DNA of 64,000 nucleotides from positions 21,824,001 through 21,888,000 of the forward strand of contig CAIIXF020000001.1 in assembly GCA_903813345.2 (NCBI GenBank), in the 5' to 3' direction. The position numbers and the translations under genes were made by a program. Shown here piece after piece: positions 39,914-54,900 of this stretch. Below the pieces are notes generated by a model. That model had not been told where the DNA came from. It ran no database searches and was given only the letters and a program-made list of their open reading frames with translations. Source of the stretch: Owenia fusiformis. Taxonomy: Eukaryota. Within the stretch, counting starts at the first letter, position 1. Every line of letters starts with the position of its first letter.

Positions 39914-42900
39914 TCAAGTCACTTTTGAGTGTATATAGTTTGTGTCTAGCATGACTTTGCCCAGTTTTCCTTCCCTAAAAGCCCTCAATGCAATTGCTGA
40001 TGCAGCATCAAAATTCCACCTGTACATATAGCCTCCTGCAATAAATGATATACACATACATGTACATGTAGTTTTTAAATCATGTCAAGGAAGGGGTCTT
40101 TTAAATAAGTTTTCCAAAGTCATATTACAAATATATTTACAATCACAAGTTGTAATATGAGGTTATATAATGGTTCTTTCTGTATATCGTGTTTATACTC
40201 GAGTGAGTATATGATATATTCACAAGTGAGCGTAGCGAACGAGTGAATATATTATATTCTCACGAGAGTATAAAATGCACGATATACAGAATGAACCATT
40301 ATATAATCTTATTATGCCACTCTTAGTTCAATTACAGTGATTCGAACACAATCATAACAATTAAAAACCATAAAAATATCCCATAGCCAACTCAATAATA
40401 CTATCAGTTATCACACGTTTCAGCATGTGATACGAGAAATATTCCACGAAAGTAAAAATTGTATCACACGTTTCAGCATGTGATACGAGAAATATTCCAC
40501 GAAAGTAAAAATTGTATCACCACGAAAGCGAACCTTGATTGGTGATAGCTTTTTGCTTGAGTGGAATATTTTCGTATCACATCAGCTGAAACGTGTGATG
40601 ACGATTTTATCATATAAAGTATGTTTTTATTTTATCATTATAACGTCATTTCCTAGGTATCAAGGTGTGTGACGTCAAATATTATTTCTGAACAGTTTGA
40701 ATAGTGTAACGTCACTACACTGGAGCTTTTACTTATATGACGTCAGTAATTAGTTACCACTAGTTACATGGTTGTGATATGGGAAATACCAGGAAGGCTA
40801 CAACCAATCAGATCACTGGAATTTTACATACTATGTGATAATGATGTTGATCTCGAACCATATATGACGTGGCTTGATTCTAGCAAATCATGCCGGAACC
40901 ATTTATGACGTCACTTGATTCTGATTTTTTTATTTATTAGTTCCCAGAATGCACTTCTACAGTGGTATACGCTGGAGTGTATACGGAGGAGTTGTATACG
41001 ATGACGATATACCACTCTCTACTGTATATCATTGTTATAGACCCATGTTATACAACTGTAATTGGACTTAGAGTGGTATAACATAAATTATATCATAAAA
41101 TTGTTCAAATTTTACCAGATTAAAGCTGAGTTAACACTTTTTCATAATCCTGAACATATTTCTCTGGAAGTGAGCCATTTCTTGTGGACATTCTTTTATG
41201 TTTAATCTTTATGCACTGAGGAATGATAGGAAATTTGAGTTACAGATGTATTGGCATCTGAATGTTCATGTTTTCAAAGCACTAAAGTTTAAAAAACGCT
41301 CTCAAACCTACATGTAACATTGTTGACGTCACAGTCTCATTCAAGATTAGCAAAAGGTCAATATGGAAATCTGTGTGATTAATACACTGTTATTTAAAAT
41401 ATTTGGATGGATACATTAGCCCCCAATAGGTTATAATTGACCATTTGTGATCAAATTATAGATATTACTGTCCTATTATCACAAATCATCAATTAGAAAC
41501 TGTTTAAGATTTGAATGTAATAGCAATGACCAAATTTGGACTTATTCTTGTTGTTTGAAACAGATGCACCACTGTACATACCTACTACTGCCTTCCGCTT
41601 TTCTATGTATCCCTGTTCTTTAGCCACATGTGCCAGAAACAAGGTGACATCATCAGTGGGAGCAGACAGTTTGAAGTGATCTACATAACTGGAATGTAAA
41701 CATATAAATCAACTTATTGTGATATTAGTTTGTGACTGATCCATAATTACTTGACAAAAAATATAAATACAATGTTTAGACAGTTTTTTAGTCAAGGACA
41801 TCTCTAATGGAATAGCACAAAAATCCCAGCTAAAAACTAATTTCAATTATCTACAAACTAAAATCCTAACTCAAAACATTGATCGAACCCTCATCATATG
41901 CTAAAGAAATTACATCTTATCACAGGGACCCTCAAAGTTTCTAATAATTAACATAAAAAGAAATTTACATACTCAAACTGTTTGTGTTTGTTCAACCAAT
42001 ACAGCATATAGTCAACTATCACATCAGGTCCAACCAAATGGTCTTTTAAATTGGCTGAAATAAAAAATAAAAAAATCAGATAAAATAAAAGCTAGTAAAC
42101 TACACGACAATTTACAATTCATATAATTTTACACAGATTTTCCTAAGTTTTAAATGTTTAAATGAATGATTATCACATTCACATTTTCCATCCTACCTAG
42201 AAACTTCTGGAAAATACATACATAAAATGTATTGTCAGAGGCTTCATAGGTGATTGAAAGAATGTTCACAAAAAGGTAACAGTCCACCTGTTTATACAGG
42301 AGAGCATTTGAAATTACTACCTACTGCCATCTTTATACTGAAACTAGAAAAACAGCAACTCCATGGAGAAGCAAATCCCACCTAACAAAACATATTTTGA
42401 TTATTAGTGGCCATCTTGAAAATTCCTTCTTGAGCAGAGCTTGTTTCTCCCTAGGTATCAACATGTAAATGCTTAGAAGTATATAATATGTGTATAATTT
42501 TAGCTATCTTCCCTTTTAGTTTTTGAGTGTGAAGTTTCCAATTTAGTTTGTCATCAACTAGGACACCAAGAAAATTAATGTTATCCTTCTTTGTAATAAT
42601 ATTTTTGTCATCAATTTTTATCTTGATTTCTTCAGGGTTATACATTCCTCTTTTATATGAAAAGAATAAAAAATTAGTCTTTTCAATACTAAGCGATAAC
42701 TTGTTAGCCATGAACCAGTCATTGACTTTTTTAAGTTCATTATTTGCAACAGATATGAGTTCTTCTTTCGACTCATTTGAATGTAAAATACTGGTGTCAT
42801 CTGTAAAAAGTAAAAACTTCAATATAGCAGAAGTAAAACTGAGGTCATTTATTTAAATAATAAAAAGTAGAGGTCCTAGCTATAAAGGATATGAACCTAT

Positions 42901-45900
42901 TAAAGAGACTCTATTGAGACTTCTCTGTGGCATTTTTTCTTTATTCCTTTTTGTTTTGAATTTTTAACACCATAACATTAACTAACTACTCAATATGCAA
43001 CTTTTCACCACGTAGAATTTTAAAATATTAAGTTTGAAAATTCCATTTTTATAATGGAGCTCAATTGGAAAAACTACATAATTTGAATTATTTTCAAACG
43101 TAGCGGCGCAATTTTGATAAAATTGACAGATATAATAAATATTGGTAAGACGAAATGTTTGATGAAAAATGAAGAAAATTCACCGTCCTGGTTACGCAAA
43201 CTATAGAAAAATCTGAAATAATCATAAAAACCTGTAAAAATAGATTGAAGGGGGTGATATTCATTTCTAATGTGCCTTTCACTACTACAGGGTAACCATA
43301 ATTTTGGTACTGATTTGATTTTTCAATGAAAATCATTTCTATAGTGTATAGTCAGTTTAAATAATACAATTATCGAAATCGTTGTTCCCTCTTCAAAAGA
43401 GAAGACGCGAAAATCTTTCCTTATAAGGGCAAAATATTTCCCATGATGCAGTTCGCGGAGGAACAAATTTATACTTCCTTATTTTCCCTCATAGGTTTAA
43501 CATGGGGATTTTCAAACCTATTTTTCAAACGATATATTCGTTCATATTCCCGTACGAGAGTACAGAAAAAATTATTAGAAACGATTGATCTCTCATTAAT
43601 CTTAATATAACAGCTATTTTTTTCATTGTATTAATTCATAGCGTGGTGAAAACGATGATTGAAAAGTGAGAAAATATTCCGAAAGAGAAGGTCACGTGAT
43701 CAGTAGACTAGTCGCCATATTGGAAAAAACAATTCCATTCGACTTTTAATACTTTCATGCCAATCTTACCGCACTACAAACTGCGACATCGATGCAACAA
43801 CTGAATAAAAGTATTCATCTTCAAATTACATTATAGAGTTACGTTGAAAACCCACAAACAACTGAGCAGTAGACCAAAGAAGACGCGTCGCTATTATCTA
43901 GGTCAATCTGTTCAGTGGTCCGAAAGCAAATGTATAGTACTCGTTTCCGAATTTTGTTGTTCATTGTACAATCTTTTATTGATTAAACTCGGTATACTGA
44001 CCATTAAAGCAATGACAAAGAAGAATACTTACGATGGTGTCATGGTTTTATTTAGCGTGCGGGTGTAAAAACAAAATTGAGTAATTAGTTTGATTTAGAA
44101 CTTTCGTGTCACGCAAATAGCTACGCGAAATGCATAGTGGGAAAATATTGACCAATCAAATTTTGTCCTTTTTGAGTGCTTTTTCAGTGCATATTTGCGA
44201 ACGTTCTGATTCAAAGAGCGAACTGCGAAAAGGAGAATTGCTATACATGTATTTCTTTACTGAACAGTGCAATCATTTATTTATTTATCAACAGTAATCC
44301 AAACTACATATTATATAGTTAGTAAAATATTAAAATAATTCTATTAAAATTAAAGCATTGAGATGATACTTAAATAATTACATATTATATTGATAGGCAT
44401 ATTATAGTATAGGATTTAAGCCAATGACTAAATGCATTGTAGATGATTAAATCTAACATATGTCCTGATTCTAGACTAAGAACGAGGGTGGTAGTCCGAA
44501 TTCAAAGCCTAGACTAGAAGACATAAGTGAATTGAAGCATCCACTATTCATTGAATCATGTGCTTTAATTCAATTTCACACATTGCAAAATATTTTTTAC
44601 AATTTCACTTAACAGAATGATATTTTTTCAAAGATATGTTGTACTTTTAGAATCATTTGCTTCAAAGAATTGAACTATGGCGGCCTTTACTCGTTATTTT
44701 ACGATTTTTGCTGTAACTCGAAAAGTAGTCGAGCGATTTTGTTCATATTTGGTATATGAATACTATAAGCATGGCACACTGTCTAATGACTCTTCTGGTA
44801 GAAGGCGGCCATTTTAACGTATTTTACTATAACACGGAAAGTAGTGGAGCGATTTTGTTCATATTTGGTATGTGAATACTATAAGCATGGCACACTGTCT
44901 AATGACGCTTTTGGTAGAAGGCAGCCATTTTGAAAAATGGCCGTCATTTTAACGTATTTTACTATAACTCGAAAAGTAGTAGAGCGATTTTGTTCATATT
45001 TGATGCGTGAATACTATAAGCGTGGCATACTGTCTAACGACACTTTTGGTAGAAGGTGGCCATTTTGAAAAATGGCTGCCATTTTTGCTGTATACTTTGT
45101 TTGTAAAAAAAATGCCAGCCATGGCTGTTCGATGGGATTTGCTACACTTTGGTGTTGCTGTTGTCTAGTTGAAGGATGGATGGACGGACAAATGGAGGGG
45201 TCTCCATAGCTTATCCCCTAATCTTCGTTGGATTGAACAATTGTGAATATGGTTATTGTTGGACAAATAAAACTGATTGAATGTCTAAAAGCAAATAATG
45301 AAGTGGTAATTTATTTTAAATCATTAAAAATCTCAAACATGCTTGCTTTGGTCTAGTCACTTAATTCCTAAATGTCCCGTAATTTGTATCTATATACCTT
45401 ATTAGATGCAGTGAAGGAGTTAAATCATTGGGATATGAATAAATCATGCAAAACATATTTTGTACATATTTCTCATCATTTAGGGTTACCCAGTAGTTTA
45501 CAAGCTGACCTTTGCAAAATATATTTCACTTACTATCCTCATTCGCTATCACGCTATCTAGTTTCTTTCCAAATTGGCCTGAATTGCCTGGTTTATTGGT
45601 TTTAGCGAACCGTCCATTTCGTTGAACCATCATTTTGCTAAGGTTGTTTGTGATGAATATACAATATTCAGTTACATATAACTGCAACTTTATGCAAGGG
45701 AAGGTAATTGTGTGAGAGCACATAAAGTACAAGAAGTATTGACCCACTTGTCTCAGTGAAACTTATAAACAGTGCATAAAGTTTTTTCTGTGCAATGATT
45801 GGCTCACAGTTACTTATAGTCACTGGCATGTAGCGATTATAGCGGTCCTGTCTTGGCTTATTGAATTGTTACGAAGTTACGTATGCGGTGCGGAAGTTAG

Positions 45901-48900
45901 AGAGCAAATGACCATCATTTCAATGTAATAGTTTATGCAGGAAAATTGAGATTAGGCCATTGGAGTATTTGTTTCATGCATTTGTAAAACGTTACCCACT
46001 CATAGGTCATACTTATCGTTAAACCAATAACTCAAATATATGCCCTTGTACACCGATCACCTGTTGAAATTAATACAGGCCGATTTCAACAAATGTAAAC
46101 GGCGATATATTTAAAATCGTATTCAAGCATGACCACGTCCCAACTTCTTTTGTTTTCTTTACAACTAAGCTATGACTGCAGTCTATTCAGTGTTGCGTAT
46201 CGAACCTTGTTTATTATAAAAATAGTGCAACAACAAGCAGAATTCACACATTTACCTTATACTTATTCTCAACTGAAGACATTGAATTTATCTCTTAGGT
46301 TTTACATTATAAATATCTTAACATGCAGAATACGAAAATAGAGGCTTAGGCCCAACTTTGTATGAATTTTATGAGAATAATCTGATTTTAGAGAAATGAA
46401 AAGAAAAATGTCCACACACTACACAAAATATTTATGGTTCCCCGGGAATACGTATGTGCTGCTTGTATATTAGAATCGTATTCCAGTTACAGAAAGAAGT
46501 ACATATCATGCTAAACTATATACAACAGTTATGCACTTGGAGGTTTTGGATACAGGGAATATCCCGAGGGATACATAATATGTCTTCCCTTGGTCCCTCG
46601 GGAAGAAATATTGTATATCTCTCGGGATATTCCCTGTATCCAAAACCTCCAATTGCATAACCCCTATATAATGGCCAAGGGATAATCCCAATATCCTGAC
46701 TATAGGATAATATGTTTATCCCATACCAATCTTGGTCATCTGGTTCACATTGTTAAATCGTGGAAATATTTTAGAATATTCATGTCCAGTTTTGTTTTCT
46801 TGGCCGTGGGCGGATTTTCATGTTCTCTCAAATAATCCCATATTTATTTTCTCGAATTTTTTATTGATAAAGTGGATGCTCTCTCCCTTTTTTAACTATC
46901 AAACAGACCCTGATTGTCTGTGTTTTCTCCATTGCCGTTTACAGTCATTCCGCGAACGTTACAAATTATGAACAAATATGCAAGCGGCGATTATGACGTA
47001 GCGGGCAGATATACTACATCTGCCCGCTTGGAGCGGGACGTAAAGCTTTATCCCATGGTTGCAAGGAGGATATAGATCGAATATCACATGATGATATATT
47101 TGATATGTGGATCAAGATATCATATTTTAGCAAACAATTTACGAACCATCGAATATCACTTTTAAACTATCGAATATCACATCTTAAATAGAGGATATCC
47201 TATGATTTATGAGTGATATGATTTTTATCCACGAATGGATATGATATCTGCACGAGTGAGCGTAGCGAGAGATTAAAATCATATCACGAGTAAATCATAG
47301 GATGTTCTTTATATTCCATAGTTAAAGTCATCATCAGAATCTTCGGGAATTAAGTGATCTAAAACGAATTTTCCAAACGATACGGCGATATTGACACTTA
47401 GCCTCGTTTTGAGTCTAAAGTAGCAAAAATCCATAAACCATGGCATACGGCGCCGCATGTCATGGCTAAAACACCGTATGCTATGGTTAAGTGAAAATTT
47501 GCCAAAAATATCATATTTTACCACTGATTTCAAAAATACCGTTTTTATTTTGACATGTTATCCTATGGATATCATGCTAACTATGGAATAATATAGGAAT
47601 ATCCTATGGTTTTGAAAAAATATCATTTATATCCATGAATGGATATTGATATCTTCATGAGTGAGCGCAGCGAATGAGTGAAGATATTTGTATCCATGAG
47701 TGGATATAATTGATATTTTTGAAAAACCATAGGATTGTCCGTTTATCCCATGGAAAATCATCATCAGCGAAAAAAGTTGAAAAATATAATTTGAGAAAAA
47801 TTTTGAAAAAATGAAAAAAAATTGAAAAAAATGTGAAAAAATGTTGAAATTATTTTTGAAATTTTGAATTTTTTTGAAATATTTTTGAAAATAATTAAAA
47901 AATGTAAAAAAAAATTTGAAAAAATTCGAAACCATCGAATATCACTTTTCAAACCATCGAATATCACTTTTCAAACCATCGAATATCACTTTCTAAGACG
48001 TGATATTCGATAGTTTAAAAGTGATATTCGATGGTTTGTGAATTTTTTGCTAAAATATGATATCTTGATCCACATATCAAATATATCTTCATGTGATATT
48101 CGATCTATATCCTTGCAACCATGGGATAACAAGGAATATCCTATGGCTCTGAAAAAATATCACTTATATCCATGAGTGGATATTGATATCTTCGCGAGTG
48201 AGCGCAGCGAATGAGTGAAGATACTGATATCCATGAGTGGATATAAGTGATATTTTTGAAAAACTATAGGATTGTCCGTTTCATCCCATTGGGAATTATT
48301 ATCCAGCGAACATTGAATAGTCAGATAAATTGCAATGGAAATTCCATTTCGTCTGACATTTTGATTGCGATAATTCAACGAACGTCATATACGTGACGTA
48401 ACAGAGTGGTTTGTATTTAATGCGAACGCCGTAAAAACAGGATCCCAAAAAATAAAAATATATAATAAATGTATAATTCAATTCAATTCAATTCAATTTA
48501 TTTCATATTTCTTATATAATATACACTATAAAAACAAGCCGCTAGACACCCTAGTGGGTATATGTTGCGGTCTAACAGAAATCATTTAAATGACATCTAG
48601 ACTACATATAAAAGAAAACACTTATATTATGTTACATGTAGGTATATAAAAATGGTATTAACAATTAATCTAAGGATGTACAATGTAAAAATGTTACAAA
48701 AATCAGGTATCAGTATAAAATCAACAGTATAGTATGATATTGGTATTATACATTATCGATAGATGAGTAGTTTTTTATATGAAGATTTGAAAATATTTAG
48801 AGTGGAGCATTTTTTAATATCATGTGGTAGAGCATTCCAAAGATTAGGACCTAGATAGCGAAGGGAAAGTTTAGAGCATTTAGGGATATGAAAATAATGC

Positions 48901-51900
48901 AATTGTCTTGTGTAATGATGATGAATACTAATGTTGATATCAAACAAGTCTTGAAATAGATTTTTTGGAAGACTGGGGTGCGTATTAAAGATTTTGTACA
49001 TGAACTGACCAGTACAATATCTGTTGACATCAAAAATATTTAATATGTTAAGATCTTCAAATAAGGGAGCGGAGTGAGAAAGTCTATCCTTATTTAAAGC
49101 TAGCCTTAAGAATTGTTTCTGCAGTTTATGTAGACGATCATAAAATGATTTAAATGTGTTACCCCAGATTATGTTGCAATAATTTAATTGAGAGTGTATC
49201 AATGAGTAGTAAATTGTTTTGAAACTGTCTATTTGAAGTAGATGTTTAATGTGATAAAGAGAACCAATGACGCGAGAAATCTTTGTTTCAATAGATTTTA
49301 TGTGCTCTTTAAATTTCAAGTTTTTATCAATAATAATTCCAAGAAAGTCAATTTTATCCCGGAAATTTATGTTCTCATTGCGTATTTTGAGATTCAGATT
49401 TGTTTGATTTTTTTGGGGTCCAAATAGAATAGCATTGGTTTTGCCAATATTAAGTGAAAGTTTGTTTGCTTTTATCCAGTCATCTATTGAATTCAAGTTT
49501 GCATTAGTTCATTTAAATCATAATCACTATCAAGAAGATTGGTGTCATCAGCAAACATAATAAATTTTAGATTAGGGTCAACAAAAGGCAGATCATTTAT
49601 GTAAAGAATAAATAATAGTGGTCCAAGCACCGAGCCCTGCGGAACACCACAATTTAGAGATGATTGTTTAGATTCATAATTGTTAATGGTGACATATTGT
49701 TTGCGGTCTTTTAAATAACTTTCAAACCAGGACTTAGCTATTCCTCTGATGCCATAATATTCAAGTTTTTGTATCAAAATGTCATGATTAATAGTGTCAA
49801 AGGCCTTGGAAAAATCTAATGTTATGCCAATGCTCGTTTTCCCCAAATCAGTTGATTTTCGAATTTGTTCAATGAAATATAAAATGGCCATGTAGGTAGA
49901 GTTGAATTTCTGAAATCCAAATTGATAAGTAAAAATAATTTCAAAACGTTCTAAAAAACCAGTGAGTTTGGCGTGCATGAGCTTTTCTAACAATTTAGAA
50001 AATACCGATAAAACTGAAATTGGTCTATAGTTCGAAGGATTTGTAGTGACTCCTTTTTTAAATACAGGTGTTACTTTGGCCAATTTGAGGGCGTCTGGGA
50101 AAATACCAGATTTAAAAGATAAGTTAAATATATACAAGAGCGGATCAATTAAAAACTGTCTTACAGACTTAATAAGTGATGGTAGAATCCCATCAGGTCC
50201 AGGCGAGGAAGATTTTAGAAGACATATTTCTAATTCAAGCTCAATTTTTGAGGTCTTTTTGAGATAAATAGATGATTGAACTTTTTGAGCTCTTGCTAGG
50301 TATTCATAAACAATCGTTTTGCTGAATTAATAAAAAAAATTGAAAAAATCAAAACCATCGAATATCACTTTTGAAACCATCGAATATCAATTTGAAACCA
50401 TCGAATATCACCTTTCAAAAAGTGATATTCGATGGTTTCAAAAGTGATATTCGATGATTTGGGAATTGTTTGCTAAAATATATCTTCATCCACGTATCAA
50501 TTATATCTTCACGTGATATTCGATCTATATCCTTGTAACCATGGGATAAATAAGGGTTATGTACTGGGAGGTTTTGGATACGGGGTTTTTCCAGAGGGAG
50601 ATATGCATATCTACCTGAGGGACCGTAGGGACAGAAAGTAGATGTGCATATCTCACGAGGGATGAACCCAATATCCAAACCGACCGTACATAACTGCTTT
50701 ATCCTATACCAAGTAGAGTTTTCAGTAGTACAAGGTGTAAAAAATAAACAAATCATTCATATGCAAAGTCATTTTATTGCATTTCCACTTTTTGGAAGCG
50801 GGAAGATACGCCCCGAAGCGGGAAGATATGCACCGAAGCGGGAGATATGACGGGAGATGTGGAGGTTCTTGATATGGAAACCTCAAAATCAGGATACGGG
50901 ATATATCTTACCAACTTATCTCCCTAAAACCCTACTTGGCATAGGATAAATCAAGATAATTTCTACTCGCATCTAGTCTATTCCACATGTTTGGGAAAAG
51001 TGTACAGGAAAATCTCCATGTTCAATTGATGTATGATCAACCCTCATAGGGGTCAATCCAGTTGTCCGAAACCCAGTTGTCCGAAACTCAATTCTCCGAA
51101 ACCCAGTTGTCTGAAACCAAGTTCTCCGAAAATTAGGGGATCTTATCAAAAAATACAATTTCTTAAAACGAATCTTGTCGCAACCTCTGCGAATCACGAC
51201 AGCATAACATTAAATTTTGAATCACGTTGACATCATTGCAAAATTAGGCTAAATATGCTAAGTCAAGACGTTAATTAGCCCACGAAAGTTCATGGGTAAC
51301 TTGAGAACTACAAAATACAACCAAATACTTTTCGAACGTACAATAGCAATATTTCTCACCCAACGTCTTCATAGTTTTAGGAACGTATTTTAAACGCATG
51401 ATAGCCAAATATATCAAGATACTATATCTGCCTAAATGAAGTTATCTAGTGTTGACAAAGTTTTGAAATATATTTTATCCAGATCCATCAGAAATTAACT
51501 TAGCCAATACATTTGTTCATAAGAATTCTTTAATTCTACCTCGTTCCCAATACGTCCTCAGACAGACAAGAAATTGAAGTCACACCCGTTTGTTTGCGTG
51601 GCATATTTATACGTATACGCACTTTCTCTGATTTTTGTCAAACAAATACATTTCAGGAGAAGAACATAAAAAACAAATGCCTGAAACGAATGCCGAAACA
51701 TAAATCCCAAGTGATTAAGTTTAGAATGTTTTATTCTTTTACGATTTGATAAGAGACTGAGACTAAGAAATTAAATGCGACGAAATATTTTGACAACGTA
51801 ATTTGTATACTGTTTTATTCTTAAAGTTCTATGCGATACCTTATTCTATCTGTTTCAAAATGTTTCATTTTATTTTGCCTATATAAAAGAGATTGAAGAA

Positions 51901-54900
51901 GATAAGATAAACTGTTCCGTAATATATATTGTGTTTTAATAACCTTTTTTAGAATCACAATGTAAAATAAATCTCCCGTTCCTGCCATTCTGGTAACGCC
52001 ATACAATGGATGCAATTCAAAGTGAGAGAGAGAGATCTATGAATATCAGAATGCGTCCATGCCATTAATTTGGCCAAATACATGGCATGAAACTGACGTA
52101 AGCTTAAGTAAGCTACGCCCCCCCCCCCCCTTTCTCTGGTAAATTATGACTTTATTTTTCGGAGTAATGGGTTTCGGACAACTGGGTTTCGGGGAATTGG
52201 GTTTCGGACAACTGGGTTTCGGACAACTGGGGTGTCAATATATACGAATCGAATGTATTCTCGTGTGCATTACAATATCGCCATTGAAACATTTTTGGCC
52301 TGCAATGGACGTATAATGAATTAGAATATGAGGCCGTGTTATCATTCTAATGTAAAGTCATGGTATTTACTGTAGTATTGGGTTGCAAGTTAATATCAGA
52401 TTCAATGCAAATTAATCATCTAATATCAGATGCGCGATCAGTCCAATAATCTAATTTCAGGTCATCAGTTCGATATCTAGCACTTGTTCTAACGACACGG
52501 TATTACTAGACTATCATATTATAAATACACACACATATAAAACAATCAAACTGGTACACGATATAAGCACGACTGCTCTTTCAATTGAGTATAAATGTTG
52601 ATAAACTTACCCGGAAGCCAAGACATACACGTTTAGACGATGCTATTTTCAGTTCAGTGTAAGAGTAAATGCCCGGATATCGAGGCTTTTTCGTGTAAAG
52701 TTTTAACCAAGCATCTAAAATCGGGTTATATTGCGTGTAGAATTTATCGATATCAGGGCCGCTACATGCCAGTGTATAGTGTAAGTTATTTTATTTCTAT
52801 ACAGTGTGGAATAGAGTGTATAAACTTTTACAGTTTCAAGCAGGTTTTAGTGTTTTCTGACCAATGATATATTCAGACTTATTCATTTCACGATTATGTA
52901 ATATCACTGAAGTATTATCACTGAAGTGCATCAATGACCTTACTAATATTCAAAAGCTCACCATGTGAGCTAAATATACCACAGTGATAATGAGTGGTTT
53001 TAGAACAGTTTACCATATTTTTGACTATCAATACCTGACGTGGGATTATAAATACCGTAGATTAACATGCTTCTGTACAAATGAAGTCCATGAGGGAACA
53101 TGCAGGGGTGAGTCTAACAATTTCAAATATTTGAATGCCTTAAAATGAACATTATTCAATATTTTCAATTCAGTCAATATCATTTTGAATAAAATCTTAA
53201 AAAGGACCATTTAATTCAACATGTTAATACAATCTCAATTTTCATGTGGCCTTAGATTGAACCAAACTTTTTTGGGCCTTTTGGGGTTTCAAACTGCTTG
53301 TAGTGATAAAATAAATGCTAAACTACATTACACACTTTCTCTGAATATTTTTACTCTTTTAATTACAGAAATCAAAGATGCAGAAATATATTTCACTGGT
53401 GGTAGGAACATTTGGGATGTGGTTGACAGGAGTCTTATACAGTTTCAACACATATGCACTTGCCTTGAAAAACACTTTCAACTATACACAGTCAAATGTG
53501 GAGTACATAGCTGCAAGTGGTGACCTAGGACAAAGTATTATGTTTCCTGTTGGACTAATATTTGATAAATTTGGACCAAGACCTACTTGTACATTTGGTC
53601 TGATTCTCACTGGAGTTGGATTTACACTATTATGGATGAGTACAATATTCAAAACCTATTTTGCTCATAATGCCTGGCTGTTTTGTGTCATATATTCAGT
53701 TGCAATGTTTGGAACAGCATTTCCCAATATCGCAAGTTTAGCAGTAAACAGTAAGAACTTTGAGGAAAAACACAGAGCTACAGTGCTAGTGGTTCTTGGT
53801 TGTGTATATGGGATTTCTCCAACAATATTTAGCACCATCTATCAAGGATTTTTTGTACAAGGCCACGTTAAAGATGCTGAGAATCAAAAGTACGGAGACT
53901 TTATGCTGTTTTTAGCTGTGATATCAGTAGCTATAAATTTGTTAGCCATAGCGCTACTTAAGGAAATACCAAGAAATGAAACAATCCAAACAGAAGGAAC
54001 TGAGTTGAATGAACTCTTCAAAACTTTAGAAAAAAACAAGGAAGATGATAAAACAGATGATGCTAAATATGTAGATGAGAAAACTACACTGATTCCAGAG
54101 GCTGCAGGTCGGAAGAACACTACAAGTCTTCGAGATTTGAACAGCTGGCAAATTATACAAACATTGCAATTTCATTACTTCTTTCTAATATGTATCATTT
54201 TGGGTGGAACTGGTGGTACATTTGTCAACAATATCACCATTGTCTTGAGATCTGCTCATCGAGAACATGAAGTGGCAATTTTTACTATCTGCCTTCCCAT
54301 TTTCAGTTCATTAGGCAGAATTTGTATTGGGTTAGGTTTTGGTTATATCTTCCAAAGATGGAATAACATTCCTAAATCATCAGGTTAATTGCCATGTTCA
54401 ATAATAATGTGCATCAGCCTTATTGTTATGATTTCCTTCTATCATAGTTTCATTGGGTTATTCAGTAGTACCATTATGATGAGTTTTGCATACGGGGCTT
54501 TTTTTTTACAAGTACAATGTGTCAACATTGAATTGTTTGGTTTAAAATATGTTGGACAGAACCTTGGGATCTTTTTTCTAGGCCATGGCATTGGAATGTT
54601 TGGATTTCATCAATTGTTTGGATTTAGTTATAAACTAAATAGCCCATTAGGATCAAATGAATGTTATGGAGAATCTTGCTCAAAACGGACATTTCTTTTG
54701 CTCATGATTTTATGTTTTTGTGCATTATTTTTAAACATTCTTCTTGTTAAAATTGAAAGAGATGCCAAAATGAAGCAAAAAGAAACCGTAAGAATCCATT
54801 GCCAAACCCAGGATCTGGCAGATCTGCCAAATTAAGCAAAAATATATTTTTTCCAACCACTGGTCTTTATATAATAATTTTACATAAAGTGAAGAAAATA

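Noticed and set aside
43268-44403. Possible TIR element (TAATGTGCCTTTCA / TGATAGGCATATTA)
   Set aside because: The IR is short with mismatches and no convincing TSD, too weak to call.
47627-47967. Phe-rich ORFs resembling membrane proteins
   Set aside because: They arise from A-rich low-complexity sequence inside a hairpin element.
47930-48035. 21-bp repeats AAACCATCGAATATCACTTTT (also near 50350-50460) as a CRISPR array
   Set aside because: Directly tandem with no unique spacers, no cas genes and a eukaryotic context; they are subterminal repeats of the hairpin elements.
51033-51230. ORF with a repetitive PKPSC peptide
   Set aside because: It is a translation of the 15-bp subterminal repeats of a TIR element.
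54384-54417. Selenocysteine recoding or a micro-intron to explain the MFS stop
   Set aside because: The stop is TAA, not TGA; the nearest GT..AG is only 34 nt long and would shift the frame.
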